Position numbers and translations under genes: made by a program | Origin: an uncultured virus (IMG/VR IMGVR_UViG_3300042868_007713) | Taxonomy: Duplodnaviria; Heunggongvirae; Uroviricota; Caudoviricetes | Virus record (IMG/VR): IMGVR_UViG_3300042868_007713 | DNA: 55,723 nucleotides | Strand: one strand, 5' to 3' | The notes under the pieces: generated by a model | Told to the model about the DNA's origin: nothing | Databases searched by the model: none | Seen by the model: only the letters and a program-made list of their open reading frames with translations | Shown here: positions 11,201-19,414 of the stretch, one piece after another | Layout of the letters: each line of letters starts with the position of its first letter | Position numbering within the stretch: position 1 is the stretch's first letter

Positions 11201-13981
11201 GATGGTCAACAAGAAGCATTTAATTTTATTAAAGGTAAAGTTGAAGAATTATTAAACAATAAAAAAAGAATTGATGTAAATGATTTAGATAATACAGTTA
11301 TATTTAATGATCCTTTAACAAATAAATTTAACGGATTATTTCCAGTTGAAATGTGGAATAATATGATTGGTTTAGCTGGTAGAGGTGGTGTTGGTAAAAC
11401 TACAGTAATTAAAGCAATTATTGCAGCAATAGAAGTTAAAAATAAATATGCACAACCTAGTGTAATGTATTTAGCACCAGGTCATACAGCAGCTACAGTA
11501 TTACAAGAAGCAATAGGTCTTGATTCAGAAAAAGCAAATGATGGAATGGTAAATACTATACAGTCACATTTACGTATGAGACCTGATAGTAATAACATTT
11601 TTAATTTAATATCAGAATATAATTATTTAAAAAGTGCAAAATTTAAACCTTCTTTTGGACAACCAAATATTATAATTATAGATGAAGCATCAATGGTAAG
11701 TGCTACTATGATAAAAGATATGATTACTAGATTAAAAACAGATTTAAGAAATGGATTAATTAGTAACATGCCTGTATTTATATTTATGGGTGATTATAGA
11801 CAACTTGGACCTATTAATGAAAAACAAAATCAATTTGTAAATAAAGGTCCTATATCATCTACTTTATTTTTAGATAATTCTAAAACTAAAGAACTTACAG
11901 AAGTTATGAGATCAGATAATGAATTATTACATAAAATTTATGATTCAATAGGTGATCAAATTGTTAGTAATATGACAAAAACAAAAAATAAAGAAGAACT
12001 TAAAAATCCAAGTTTTTCTAAATATGATCAATTAACAAAAAAATCTACTGAAAATATGTTAATTGTAAGTAATCAAGAAGGTGTTATAGATGATTATGTT
12101 ACATATTTAGCTAATAATAATAATCCTTATGGAATGTTCTGGATTCATTATAATAAAACAGATAATTCAATAACAAAAAATTTAGCAGCTAAAATAAGAA
12201 AAGCTTATTTTGATAAAATAGAACAGCCAATATTAGAAGAAAAATATAGATTATTTTCAAAACATGATTATATTGAATTTACAGGAGGTGTAGAAATTAG
12301 TACTGATGATAATTTTAATTATACAATTACTGATGATAAAATTAAAAATTTAATAGAAAAACAAAAATATAATAAAATTGAAGATAATGTTTATAAAATA
12401 GGATTAGGTGTAATAAAACCAAATGCAAGATTTAAAGTTTTAGATATTGTAAATAGAAAAGATAATTTATCAGCACTTTTACATCCAAATTTAAAAAGTT
12501 ATTTACCAAAAAATATAATTGTTGATGTTGAAACTTCTATTTTATATAATAGACAAGATAAAATAAGAGCTTTATCAAAAGCTTTAGATATAAGTGTAGG
12601 ACCTATAATTGATGGAAAGTTTGGTAGATATAGTGAAGGTACAAAAAGTCAAGAAGGTATTACAATAAAAAATAATAAAACAGGTGAAATATTAGCTAAA
12701 TTTGATCTTCCTTATGGTACTTTTATTGATGTTGAAGAAAATTTAAAAATGTTAAATAGTACTAATGCAACAATGCCGTTTGTACCTTCATATATAGGTT
12801 CTTCTCACACTGCTCAAGGAAATAGTATTAAAAATGTAATTGTTGGTGATTATAATATTAAACAAGCTGCTGCAAATGGTAGAACACATATAGATGATGT
12901 ATTTAGTTCTATGTATGTTGCACTTACTAGAACAAGTGGTACTGTTATTATTATAAAACCTGCCGGTGCAGATATAGTAAATAATCAAGAAGTATTTTTA
13001 GGAGCTATTACAGATGATAATCAAGCACAAAGAATGACAAGTGCATCTGAAATGCCAAATAAATTTGAAGAAATAGAAATACAAGAAGCTGAAGAAACTA
13101 TAGATTTTATGGATAATGTTATACAGCAAATTATAATGGATTCTCAAAAAGAAGTTATTGAAGATACATTTGGTAAAGATAAAAATGCTAGTTCTATTTT
13201 AAATACAGTATATAAAAATACAACACCTTTTTACAAAGAAATACTTAAATTAGTAAGTAAAACAGGAGGAATTGGTAACTTAAAAATTGTTGTAGATGAA
13301 AATATGACAGACCCAGGTTCATATGATTTATATAATGAAACTATAACAATTAACCCTAATTTAGCTTTTGAATTAAATCCTGGTAATGCAAATGCATTAT
13401 ATGATGTATTAATACATGAATTATTACATCACGTAACTGCAAAAATAGTTAATGCAGATAAATCTACACTTACTTTAGAACAACGTAAATGGGTTATTTC
13501 TTTAGAAAATTTATTTAAATTTACTCAAGATAAAATATTAAATGATCCTATTCATAGTGAAAATTTAAGAAAAACAATTGAACAAGTTAATAAAGAAGGT
13601 GGATTTTTATCTGTTAAAGATAAATCAATGTACTATGGATTAACTAATATAAATGAATTTATAAGCATGTTAATGTCAGATGCTGATTTTAGAAGCTTTA
13701 TGAACAATGTATCTTATAGTGGAGAAAAAAGTTTATTTGAAAGATTTATTGATATATTTGTAAATATTCTTAAATCATTAGGAGTTACAGTTAAAGATGA
13801 TACAGTATTAAAAGAAGGGATTGGAAATATAATTGGTATTATAGAATCAAGAAATGAAGAAAATGCAGCAACAAATCAAACATTAAAATCAATTAAAACA
13901 CAAACCTTTGTAGATGGAATTGTAGAATCAGAATTTGAAAAAATAATTAAATATCTTGATATTAAAACTAAATGTAAATAA
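2288..13981 (+). CDS. Giant virion-packaged two-barrel RNA polymerase fused to zincin-like, A1S_2505/macro-like and SF1 (RecD/Dda-like) helicase domains (3897 aa)
   Basis: RIPNQ...GSDFDVDKLY catalytic DxDxD (6713-6727), as in crAss-like RNAPs such as phi14:2 gp66. HEAIH (9671-9685) and HELLH (13415-13429). FVFGSNPQGRHGAGAA (~10145). GRGGVGKT (11378-11401), IIIDEASM, GDYRQL, HTAQG, YVALTR. Confidence 0.88.
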   Translation: MSCRIGINNLVKSVIKDKPWFYFNERENYVEILDSPTNRISRYTAFGVAKSLAKDLNKVINNGYKQIGDVFYPNYMNRKRIVEINPSKKQLDLIKATDEKEVLEIEAEIKKEQLQKEFDFLNNEANISINYEGDVIPNIDNTVDDKKNITKQKNILYSIRTKSVEEIAKGLNTDLVRSEQQIKYSSYIKTMILTFMGDIGPGKKLKMSPDEAFQKSKEMFIKINNNIATALNTHIKSEEDFLKVKESTSYEEIIKIFPVLKYAKTYEDLQKAAKTYSDVIAKFDSYVTFVKIDLAHNGIRIVKNKIKNVDVEELAVKNEDESNDSSEISQNEIGERYGMDNFQTNPRDTASIRVKSLIQTIAIPDEYEFGVPIYANPNDVFADILEIGADIELSGFDSDKTKLTEFKKQLSDRAQSRTYLSNLLNKIESFEKNNEWERINDILTVASKAYAIETLLLYKTRKTGSQINGIYDAKIISTNRDSIDLQISKEWLFNHLQSDFYTKNSQKDLFPKQSKIDLLNQIIEEGANKENSIQVKKFQEFFNVLGIDFTENEVNIISKKLPKVLKKATFNAFFQKNNLLKNIVESFELNIKQPFEGQYGFKNESTSMKELAKIYYELNPGRYKIASTKTADNKSKYAYILPTYLEQVKREWDNGNTSSVMNGVLSKPNSQDQESFWNKVLRNQAKFKIDYFNGIREQKAGENGKVRKFLTPKEQIATMFLLHQQNLNVGSYIAFTLSDKTANMETVMTKEFFVNTSNSAVGVNIDYALADNKIVYTNALKNKIYNSFVEPEISRILASIKNKESVNIENYDIASKLFYFLPNLNRNSNLVNFRNDLYSGSFTIEELSTKYSDIVGQAVLNEIQTDTELEIDKLISIGVINVDKNNNYTYPLFINGNSESDYVNAFRKTNATGRNMARLMVMDMKLNYLNSQIKTIQYLKFDPALAFKTSIDVKDKTISNIADEDKVTIANTTWDEFSKRAAALVAPGSQGSWSWNIGEDLYKEASEDYITVTAKDVKVEVKNADGTLLNKSEITDAEEFVTMQEHIDYLMSQGKIPYETWLSIYNKIKKAGPGGYYKLTSEELTLTISPTKPVYVNYTKVGDEELGLNRIDYVKSSRYPLIPQQEAGSERDKLRVWMEKNNVRSVNFASAKKLGRPTKSLELFDKDNNFVEPSDDDFKSSMQLLSRDGIRNQQEIPEQKDKVSTVTQMNRTIFDGLLGVKNFNFGNMKNVTGSKGKELKEAVRARLFEIESENLKEKIGNLNVSHEKLYELLKDIIENDTTGSYTQNDLLALEIDPQTKKFKIPLEAQYKLKKFQSLINSLIDKNVMLKVDGSSFVQVSGVGNKYTFSNISKGIKSDIIWIDKYADDFAKDGATLKYIRQEDNKTKAAQVIVSQYLRDDEGNLIDLTDYITEDDFGRNILDTSKMDEKMFQLVGTRIPNQSHPSTLPIEVVGFLPSYMENSIIVPDGITGQMGSDFDVDKLYAYFSKFKYTKKSTIERLGADENEFEELVKAGKKIAKKAGEKADRKGRYNNFNKYLTQAVKEKYGDKEVPKFKIETPASIKQITYELNSINDVKNLDKDQLNQLYRDIHWEVLMNSATFDKITKAVDMPEVKEKVNLRNEQLKKYNLISDVKVNLPLDYMTSITRYIDNRSGKTGVSIFATLISAQADFQDKVIQLKRDEETNTPNPIEIKLSKNSETIYLEFIGKLGESTSFLNEKRSISENLNMMFSESVDNAKNQFLKEFNWTEKAMSPIGVLAMLTDNKGNAAPIDFMMDLTSQSSIITLFEMIEQKQDSFGQYDVDALSKSIVELQNKIIKKIDLKGYLPGDQTAESYFNRKNQNRNSILDAETLSETWMIGKAIQQKASNETLEKIAKDLKYGSVNEMMLTYYNVQFNALDMFARLENTGRELMTILGAVYPYTKGIGSNVFSTKQKLNQLNKLSSSLVFDNLDNIAGEVNKLSNGDIQIMPIGEIGSAIENSLIFAQNNIYKSLFPISSGNELESTVDIILDFLGLDKLNLSKDKYQSIYNTVFESIISYIYTNPSFELFEDVVAERNKLINGTTSIGYRIGELNKNPEFAKNGFLKNIEVDKDYKTNTYSISFKNPFGTESDDKEVTLGFYNLALNENNDIKQLAKDLALYPFATGDAGNLGRFIPVTYLNSDADFNKAMSNFENAFVKHLINPKSQDILIDQIVQNNPEIFSKSFSFTTTKTSYTDYQSPFKTALKKNINVDRLKDVNKFTFKIGDFPNDDKHKGIIQSLKIPLTDNEQQAISKIPSLAILKIDFKYPQYILIEDEIKSDIDFIYNEKVSYLYKRTSPIVTENGDATYERIEILGYKNISEFDFNNPNLVSAIEMNNVSRDENELNSQEGILQEEVVKPAMLAPTTSAQESTSNFVVKNNILEILNKSKYSFLASLLKENNTTLNWTKDNNVAGTYYLGKNKIEIGEHIKFSDNLEEVIAHEAIHAIIDWETTGTEKRKEMEEKIAPFIKEIKEYFFNSKEGQNEYIKNILTTFNQSLINKNGTFEEVITYAFTDKIFAEWLNSIPSKGVKNKSKTLWGKLKDIILEILSSVTEKTKLDELNDILDFIFKEEVKPGVETTEPVKTYQGKIESLQPNQIFVFGSNPQGRHGAGAAQQAKNKFGAVQLVGRGLKNQTYALVTKNLTAGFVEKETGIKYEKAGEKSLTPEQIESNIKELYNVALQNPDKEFLVAYSVDDKKNLNGYTDQDMANMFSAFPIPNNMVFEEGFSKLLQAESIIYKNGKNYLAVNGKIVGVQEIDENGNTYISPNVEESIEQPEIKVSTVDYKGKTFIIEGSEEEGDLKIFYQAQGGKGEEVKDVNLFNKVFVAHTADIHPEWVVTLTGIQNQPKYLVGNNSEVISLQNTDYGKVIQSKDVIQKVMSLYYDKSQIENLKIKPEEISMSTENVFDITKEDLPVEQKPVKKEKRINVPKGSNPNNNVIMETEDTVFLMNDGQQEAFNFIKGKVEELLNNKKRIDVNDLDNTVIFNDPLTNKFNGLFPVEMWNNMIGLAGRGGVGKTTVIKAIIAAIEVKNKYAQPSVMYLAPGHTAATVLQEAIGLDSEKANDGMVNTIQSHLRMRPDSNNIFNLISEYNYLKSAKFKPSFGQPNIIIIDEASMVSATMIKDMITRLKTDLRNGLISNMPVFIFMGDYRQLGPINEKQNQFVNKGPISSTLFLDNSKTKELTEVMRSDNELLHKIYDSIGDQIVSNMTKTKNKEELKNPSFSKYDQLTKKSTENMLIVSNQEGVIDDYVTYLANNNNPYGMFWIHYNKTDNSITKNLAAKIRKAYFDKIEQPILEEKYRLFSKHDYIEFTGGVEISTDDNFNYTITDDKIKNLIEKQKYNKIEDNVYKIGLGVIKPNARFKVLDIVNRKDNLSALLHPNLKSYLPKNIIVDVETSILYNRQDKIRALSKALDISVGPIIDGKFGRYSEGTKSQEGITIKNNKTGEILAKFDLPYGTFIDVEENLKMLNSTNATMPFVPSYIGSSHTAQGNSIKNVIVGDYNIKQAAANGRTHIDDVFSSMYVALTRTSGTVIIIKPAGADIVNNQEVFLGAITDDNQAQRMTSASEMPNKFEEIEIQEAEETIDFMDNVIQQIIMDSQKEVIEDTFGKDKNASSILNTVYKNTTPFYKEILKLVSKTGGIGNLKIVVDENMTDPGSYDLYNETITINPNLAFELNPGNANALYDVLIHELLHHVTAKIVNADKSTLTLEQRKWVISLENLFKFTQDKILNDPIHSENLRKTIEQVNKEGGFLSVKDKSMYYGLTNINEFISMLMSDADFRSFMNNVSYSGEKSLFERFIDIFVNILKSLGVTVKDDTVLKEGIGNIIGIIESRNEENAATNQTLKSIKTQTFVDGIVESEFEKIIKYLDIKTKCK

Positions 13982-13983
13982 AT

Positions 13984-16900
13984 ATGGCTTGTAAATATAT
14001 ATATAAAGAAAAAGAATATACTAAAGAAGAACTAATAGGTATTTTAAAAAATGACGGTACGCTTAATAACTTATCTGTTCAAACTTTTAGATCAATTGTT
14101 ACTAAATCACCTACTTTAGATATAACTGAAAAATCAATTAAATTAATGCAACAAAGAAAAACAGATGCAATTAATTTAAAAAAATCTGTTATGAACAGTG
14201 ATTTATCTAAAAAAGAAAAAATTAAAAAAGTTATAGAATATGAAGATATAATAAATGATGCTAATGAATCTATTAAAAGTCTTCAAACTATTAGTCCTAC
14301 TAAAAAATTAAATTTTATATTATCAATGGCTGAAAATGATTCTAAAATTGTAGATGCAGCTTTTGAAAGTAATGATTTAAATTTAGATCAACATAAATTT
14401 GTACAAGAAATTGTTACTACTTGGAATAATATTAATTCATTATTAGAAATTGGAGATCTTAGAGAAATAAAAGATGCAGAATTAAAAGATAGATTAAAAG
14501 AAATTAAACAAAAATATACTGGATATGCAGAAATAAGTAGATCTGAAGCTAAAAGGTTAATTGCAAATTCTATAAAAGGTCCAAAAGTAAGTGCAGAAAA
14601 TTTAGATAAAATTATTGATACACATATTACTACTGAATATTTAAGAGAATTATCTACAGCAGGTATTCCTATAACTAATAAACTAGCTTATATTATTAAT
14701 GAAATTAATTTAATTATTAATAAAGAACATAATAAAAATTATTCTGAAATTGATAGGTATAATGATTTAATAAAAGATAATCCTACATTTAAAAAAACAG
14801 GATGGGATTTATTTGTTAAAACTCAAAAAAATAGTTTAGGTGAAGAAACATTAGGTATTGTAACAAGATATAGTCAAAAATTTTGGGATAAATACCGTAA
14901 TGTAAATCAAACTCTTAAAATAAGTTTAAAAAATGCTGGTGATAATAAAGATAAAATAAAAGAAGCATATAATAATTTTAATACTTGGAAAAATAAAAAT
15001 ACTATTGTTTTTAATGCTATATATTTTTTAGAACCTTCTAAATTTTCAGATGCAAATAGAGAAAGTGAAATATCAAGAATTAAAGCTATGGGTTATGCTG
15101 AATCAGAAATTAATAATATGATTGCTGAATCACAAAGATTATATGACAGATTTTTGTTTAATAAAGATGTATATGAATACCGTATTGAATTAAATGCTAT
15201 TGAAGATCCTTCACTTATTCCTACAGGTAAAACATTAGAAGAATATGTTAAAGAAAAAGTTGATGAATATAATGAAATTAATAATCCTTTAAAATATTAT
15301 GATCAAAAGTTTTTTGGAGCACAAAAATTTACAGCATATGGTGCAAGTAAATATTTATATTTAATACCTGTTAAAACACTTGATGGTGAAAATACAGGAT
15401 TTTATGATGAAAATTTTATAAAAATTAGTCAAGATCCTAAATTGTTAGAATATTATTCATGGTTTACAGGTTTTATGAGAGAAAAAATGTCCTGGTTACC
15501 AGAAGAAGAAACTAATAGTTTAGGTTCAAACTTTTTACCAGTAGTAGCTGAAAGAGTTGTAAAAGAATATGGTTTTACAGAATTAAAAGAATCTGTTGCT
15601 GGCTTAGGTGATTGGTTTTTAAAAGCATTAACTGCTTATAATTATGATAATAAAGTTGATGTTAATCCTATAACAAAAAAAGAAAGAAGAACCATTAAAA
15701 CAAAATTTTTAGATAATAATGTTAGTATAAGTGATAGATCTAAAAATTTAACAATTGTTGCTAAAATGTTTAGTGATATGGCAACAATCTATAAGCATAA
15801 AAGTATGGTTAGATCAGAAATAGATACTATTAATGATATTCTACAAGAAACAAAAGGTTCATATAAATTTAATAAAAAATTAGGAGAATTAGAAGAACAA
15901 GCTAAAGATGCTACAAGAATTAAATCATTAGCTGATTCTACTGTATCTGCATTATTTTACGGTATTGTTCCTGAAGATACATTACCTAGAACTGAAGGAC
16001 AATTTTATGATTGGAAAGAATTAGTTACTCTTGGATTTTGGAAATCAGAAAAAGGTAAAAAAGCAAAAGAATTAGAAGATAATATAAAAAAATTAAATGA
16101 AGAATTAGATAAAAATAAATTAACTGATGCTGAACGTGAAAAAATACAAAATGAAATATATAGTTTAAAAGGAGAATATTTAAAATTAGGTGGTAGAAGT
16201 TTATCTACTACATCTACAATTGATTCATTAATTAAAGGAACAAGGTTAACAGCATTAGCAATTAAACCATTTTCAGCAGCTAAAAACTTACTTGTAGGTA
16301 AATTAAATAATAGATTTCATGCAGCAGGAGGATTAGATTTTAATGAAAGAAATTTAATAATGGCTAATAAAACTATTATAGATTCTTTTTTAAATTATGT
16401 TTCATTAAATAATTATCAAACAAAAAATGTTAAAAAAATATCTGGTTTATTAATTGATGCTGGTATTGCAGAAGGTGGAGATAATTATGTTTTAAATTCA
16501 TTAATAGATAAAAGAACAACTTTAGATGCATTTAGAAAATTAATACCATCAGCATATACATTATTATCTTCTGGCGATTATCATTTTAAATCTGAAATGT
16601 TAGTTGCCTGTACTTTTCATGATAAAATAAAAGGAACAAGTAAAGGTGAGGTTTCTTTTTGGGATGTTTTAACAGAAAATAGAGAATATAATGAAGCAGA
16701 ATATGGTCCTTGGGATAAAGATGCTAATGATGGACTTACTTTTGATGAGTATTATAATAAAAAAATGCTTAAATATAAACAGTTAGCTAATAAATTACAT
16801 GGTTTATCTGGTAAAAATACTTATATAAAAGGAAAAGATACTGCTATAGGAAGATTGCTTATTTTATTTAAAGCATGGCTGCCAGAAACTGTAGGTGTTA

Positions 16901-17460
16901 GATGGGATCCTAAACATAAAGATGATATGCTTGGTAGATATGAAGAAGGTTACTATAGAACTTTTTTAAAAAAAGTGGCAGAAAAAAAACTTTCTGTATT
17001 AGGAATGATTGTTAATGCAATACTTAAAAGAGAAATAACAGGAATAAATGATGAAGTTGAATTAGCTAATTTTAAAAAAGCAGTTAAAGAATTACAAATA
17101 ATTATTACTTTAAAAATTGCTTATATGTTATTAAAATCTATGGCTCCTGATGATGATAGATATAAAAAACTATATAACATGTTAGTTTTAAGACAATTAA
17201 AAGATTTAAATACAGATTTAACTTATTATTCTAGTCTTTCATCATTTTCTAAATTACAAGAAAATGTTGTTCCAATTATCAGAACTATAGAAAATTGGAA
17301 AGAAGCTGGTAAAGCAGTAGAATATTATTCTTTAGAAATAGAAAAAGAAAATGGTGAGTTAGAATATGATGCTGAACGTACAGCATTAAAAGTAACTAAA
17401 GTATTTCCTGTAATTAATAATTATAATAATATTATATATTACGAAAAACAAATAGATTAA
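13984..17460 (+). CDS. Large helical virion cargo/ejection protein (1158 aa)
   Basis: Follows the RNAP gene with 2-nt spacing; starts MACKY; no enzymatic motif recognised; last gene of the + strand block. Confidence 0.65.
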   Translation: MACKYIYKEKEYTKEELIGILKNDGTLNNLSVQTFRSIVTKSPTLDITEKSIKLMQQRKTDAINLKKSVMNSDLSKKEKIKKVIEYEDIINDANESIKSLQTISPTKKLNFILSMAENDSKIVDAAFESNDLNLDQHKFVQEIVTTWNNINSLLEIGDLREIKDAELKDRLKEIKQKYTGYAEISRSEAKRLIANSIKGPKVSAENLDKIIDTHITTEYLRELSTAGIPITNKLAYIINEINLIINKEHNKNYSEIDRYNDLIKDNPTFKKTGWDLFVKTQKNSLGEETLGIVTRYSQKFWDKYRNVNQTLKISLKNAGDNKDKIKEAYNNFNTWKNKNTIVFNAIYFLEPSKFSDANRESEISRIKAMGYAESEINNMIAESQRLYDRFLFNKDVYEYRIELNAIEDPSLIPTGKTLEEYVKEKVDEYNEINNPLKYYDQKFFGAQKFTAYGASKYLYLIPVKTLDGENTGFYDENFIKISQDPKLLEYYSWFTGFMREKMSWLPEEETNSLGSNFLPVVAERVVKEYGFTELKESVAGLGDWFLKALTAYNYDNKVDVNPITKKERRTIKTKFLDNNVSISDRSKNLTIVAKMFSDMATIYKHKSMVRSEIDTINDILQETKGSYKFNKKLGELEEQAKDATRIKSLADSTVSALFYGIVPEDTLPRTEGQFYDWKELVTLGFWKSEKGKKAKELEDNIKKLNEELDKNKLTDAEREKIQNEIYSLKGEYLKLGGRSLSTTSTIDSLIKGTRLTALAIKPFSAAKNLLVGKLNNRFHAAGGLDFNERNLIMANKTIIDSFLNYVSLNNYQTKNVKKISGLLIDAGIAEGGDNYVLNSLIDKRTTLDAFRKLIPSAYTLLSSGDYHFKSEMLVACTFHDKIKGTSKGEVSFWDVLTENREYNEAEYGPWDKDANDGLTFDEYYNKKMLKYKQLANKLHGLSGKNTYIKGKDTAIGRLLILFKAWLPETVGVRWDPKHKDDMLGRYEEGYYRTFLKKVAEKKLSVLGMIVNAILKREITGINDEVELANFKKAVKELQIIITLKIAYMLLKSMAPDDDRYKKLYNMLVLRQLKDLNTDLTYYSSLSSFSKLQENVVPIIRTIENWKEAGKAVEYYSLEIEKENGELEYDAERTALKVTKVFPVINNYNNIIYYEKQID

Positions 17461-17461
17461 A

Positions 17462-17491
17462 AAATAGGAGAAGTTTATTCTTCTCCTATTT
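17462..17491. terminator. Bidirectional intrinsic terminator at the convergence of the two gene blocks
   Basis: aaataggagaag-tttatt-cttctcctattt, a 12-bp perfect stem. Confidence 0.8.
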
Positions 17492-17654
17492 CTTTATAAT
17501 GTGTAACAACTAAGGTTAAAAATATTAACCCTATTGAAAATTCATGAAGCAAATAATTTTTATTATTTTCATGATCAAAATATTGACCAAGCATAAAGTT
17601 CATGCCTAATAAACATCTTAATTGAGATACAATTTCTACTTTAAATTCTAACAT
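17475..17654 (-). CDS. Small hypothetical protein (59 aa, MLEFKVEIVSQ...)
   Basis: Translated by hand; below the ORF-track cutoff; fits the tight gene packing. Confidence 0.55.
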   Translation of the reverse strand: MLEFKVEIVSQLRCLLGMNFMLGQYFDHENNKNYLLHEFSIGLIFLTLVVTHYKEIGEE

Positions 17655-17659
17655 ATTTT

Positions 17660-17803
17660 TTATTTTAATTGTTTAATTCTTTTTACTAATGTTTGTTTAT
17701 CTAAAAGTAAACCTAAACTTTTTAGTTTTCTTCTAATTTTATAGAAATTATATTTCTTATATCTTATATATGTTTCTATTGTTTGTGTTATATAATCTTT
17801 CAT
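17660..17803 (-). CDS. Small basic hypothetical protein (47 aa, MKDYITQTIETY...)
   Basis: Translated by hand; abuts the dcd stop codon. Confidence 0.55.
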   Translation of the reverse strand: MKDYITQTIETYIRYKKYNFYKIRRKLKSLGLLLDKQTLVKRIKQLK

Positions 17804-17804
17804 T

Positions 17805-18482
17805 TTATTTAAAATTTTTGTTCATTAAACTTTCTTGAGCACCGGTTTGATTCATGTACTTACTTTCAGTTTTTTGATCATAAGTTTCATTAAATTCACC
17901 TTCAACTCTTTCAAATTTTATTTGACATATTTTTTGATTAGGATAAACCTTTAAAGGATGTATTACTCTCATTTCTAATACTAAAGAACCAACAAATCCT
18001 GTGTCTACAAAACCAGCACAAATATGTATGTCCAGTCCTAATCTACCTAATGATGATTTACCCATAACTGTAGAACATATATTATTTTTATTACCTATTT
18101 TTTCATTACAGGAATAAATATATAATTCTCCAGGCATAAGAATTAATCCTTCTTCAGGCATTTCTTTTTCTATAAAATCATTTTTTTGTTTACAGTCAAG
18201 ATAATATCTTGGAATAGCTGCTAAGTCTAATACACTATGCATTTCATAATCAGAATAATGAAAAAACATTTCATCTATCTGCTGCTTTGTGTATCCCATT
18301 TTTAATGCATACATATCTGTACGTTCATGTACAGTTAATAAATTATCCTTAACAACAGTTTTATAAAATTTATTTAATGTTAAATCAACTGAATTAGGAT
18401 TCAAATGGTTTATATTAAATGGTTCTATTATAATGTTGCCATTTTCTATTTCTTTTAAAATGGTCTTATCACTTAAATTCAT
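17805..18482 (-). CDS. dcd: dCTP deaminase
   Basis: MNLSDKTI...PNSVDLTL, GKSSLGRLGL, AGFVDTGFVGSLVLE, KICQIKF, KYMNQ motifs. Confidence 0.92.
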   Translation of the reverse strand: MNLSDKTILKEIENGNIIIEPFNINHLNPNSVDLTLNKFYKTVVKDNLLTVHERTDMYALKMGYTKQQIDEMFFHYSDYEMHSVLDLAAIPRYYLDCKQKNDFIEKEMPEEGLILMPGELYIYSCNEKIGNKNNICSTVMGKSSLGRLGLDIHICAGFVDTGFVGSLVLEMRVIHPLKVYPNQKICQIKFERVEGEFNETYDQKTESKYMNQTGAQESLMNKNFK

Positions 18483-18485
18483 ATT

Positions 18486-18689
18486 TTATTTTTCTTGTTT
18501 TTTAATATTAAAAGTTGCGTTATGAAATATTTTAATTTGATCAGATGTGTAATGTCTTACATGACCACCGTCACATAAGACAACACACCAAACATCATTT
18601 TCTAGCATTCCTGAATCAGATACATATAAAGCATAACCATCTTTATTATTTTCTACTACAACAGGTATTGGTTTTGAAAATTCTAACAT
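18486..18689 (-). CDS. Hypothetical protein
   Basis: ORF within a tightly packed operon. Confidence 0.6.
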   Translation of the reverse strand: MLEFSKPIPVVVENNKDGYALYVSDSGMLENDVWCVVLCDGGHVRHYTSDQIKIFHNATFNIKKQEK

Positions 18690-18690
18690 T

Positions 18691-19413
18691 TTATTTATTT
18701 AAATTAATATGAAGTATTACTCCTTCTACTTTATCTTTTAAATCTTCTATTGTACCATCATTTACTATTTCATAATCAAATTCTGCATCATCTAAAGCTG
18801 TTTCACTTGGATGTAAATCTAAAGATATTTCTTTATCAGATGGTCTAACTACTCTAATAGTAATTCCTCCATTGGCTTTTACAGCTTGCATTTCATTAGG
18901 AAACCTAAGATCTGTAATAATCCAGTTAGGGTAATTACCAATGTATGGTTCAGGATTAGATTTAATTTTCATTTGTTGATCTCCACTCATATCTAAACTT
19001 AAAAGCTCAACATTATATTTATAACCTGTTTCTTTAATATAATCACACATTAAAGCATTTACCCATGTATCAGGATGTAAGGTATTTCTCATAGCTTCTG
19101 TACCAATTATTTGTAACATTTCCCTTACAGTCATTGGTTTAATAATACTTTTGTTATAAGCATTGTTATTTTTATCTAATGATGTTTTATTTTCAAATAT
19201 TTCTTTATTCCAATGAGCATCTAAAAAAGTTTTTTTAAATTCTTGATCTTCAAATTTTTCTGTAGGTATACCTGTTAATAAAGTGGCTACTTCTTTAACT
19301 TTTGTAGCAAACTTTTTAATTTCCCAATTATTTTCACAATTTATATCTTTTATTAAATTTCCTACAGAATCTTTTCCTGATCCTATACGACCATTTATTG
19401 CCAACAGTGCCAT
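18691..19413 (-). CDS. Deoxynucleoside monophosphate kinase
   Basis: GRIGSGKD P-loop, REMLQIIGTE, ITDLRFPNE and HPSETALD, typical of the T4 gp1-like dNMP kinase family. Confidence 0.88.
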   Translation of the reverse strand: MALLAINGRIGSGKDSVGNLIKDINCENNWEIKKFATKVKEVATLLTGIPTEKFEDQEFKKTFLDAHWNKEIFENKTSLDKNNNAYNKSIIKPMTVREMLQIIGTEAMRNTLHPDTWVNALMCDYIKETGYKYNVELLSLDMSGDQQMKIKSNPEPYIGNYPNWIITDLRFPNEMQAVKANGGITIRVVRPSDKEISLDLHPSETALDDAEFDYEIVNDGTIEDLKDKVEGVILHINLNK

Positions 19414-19414
19414 A

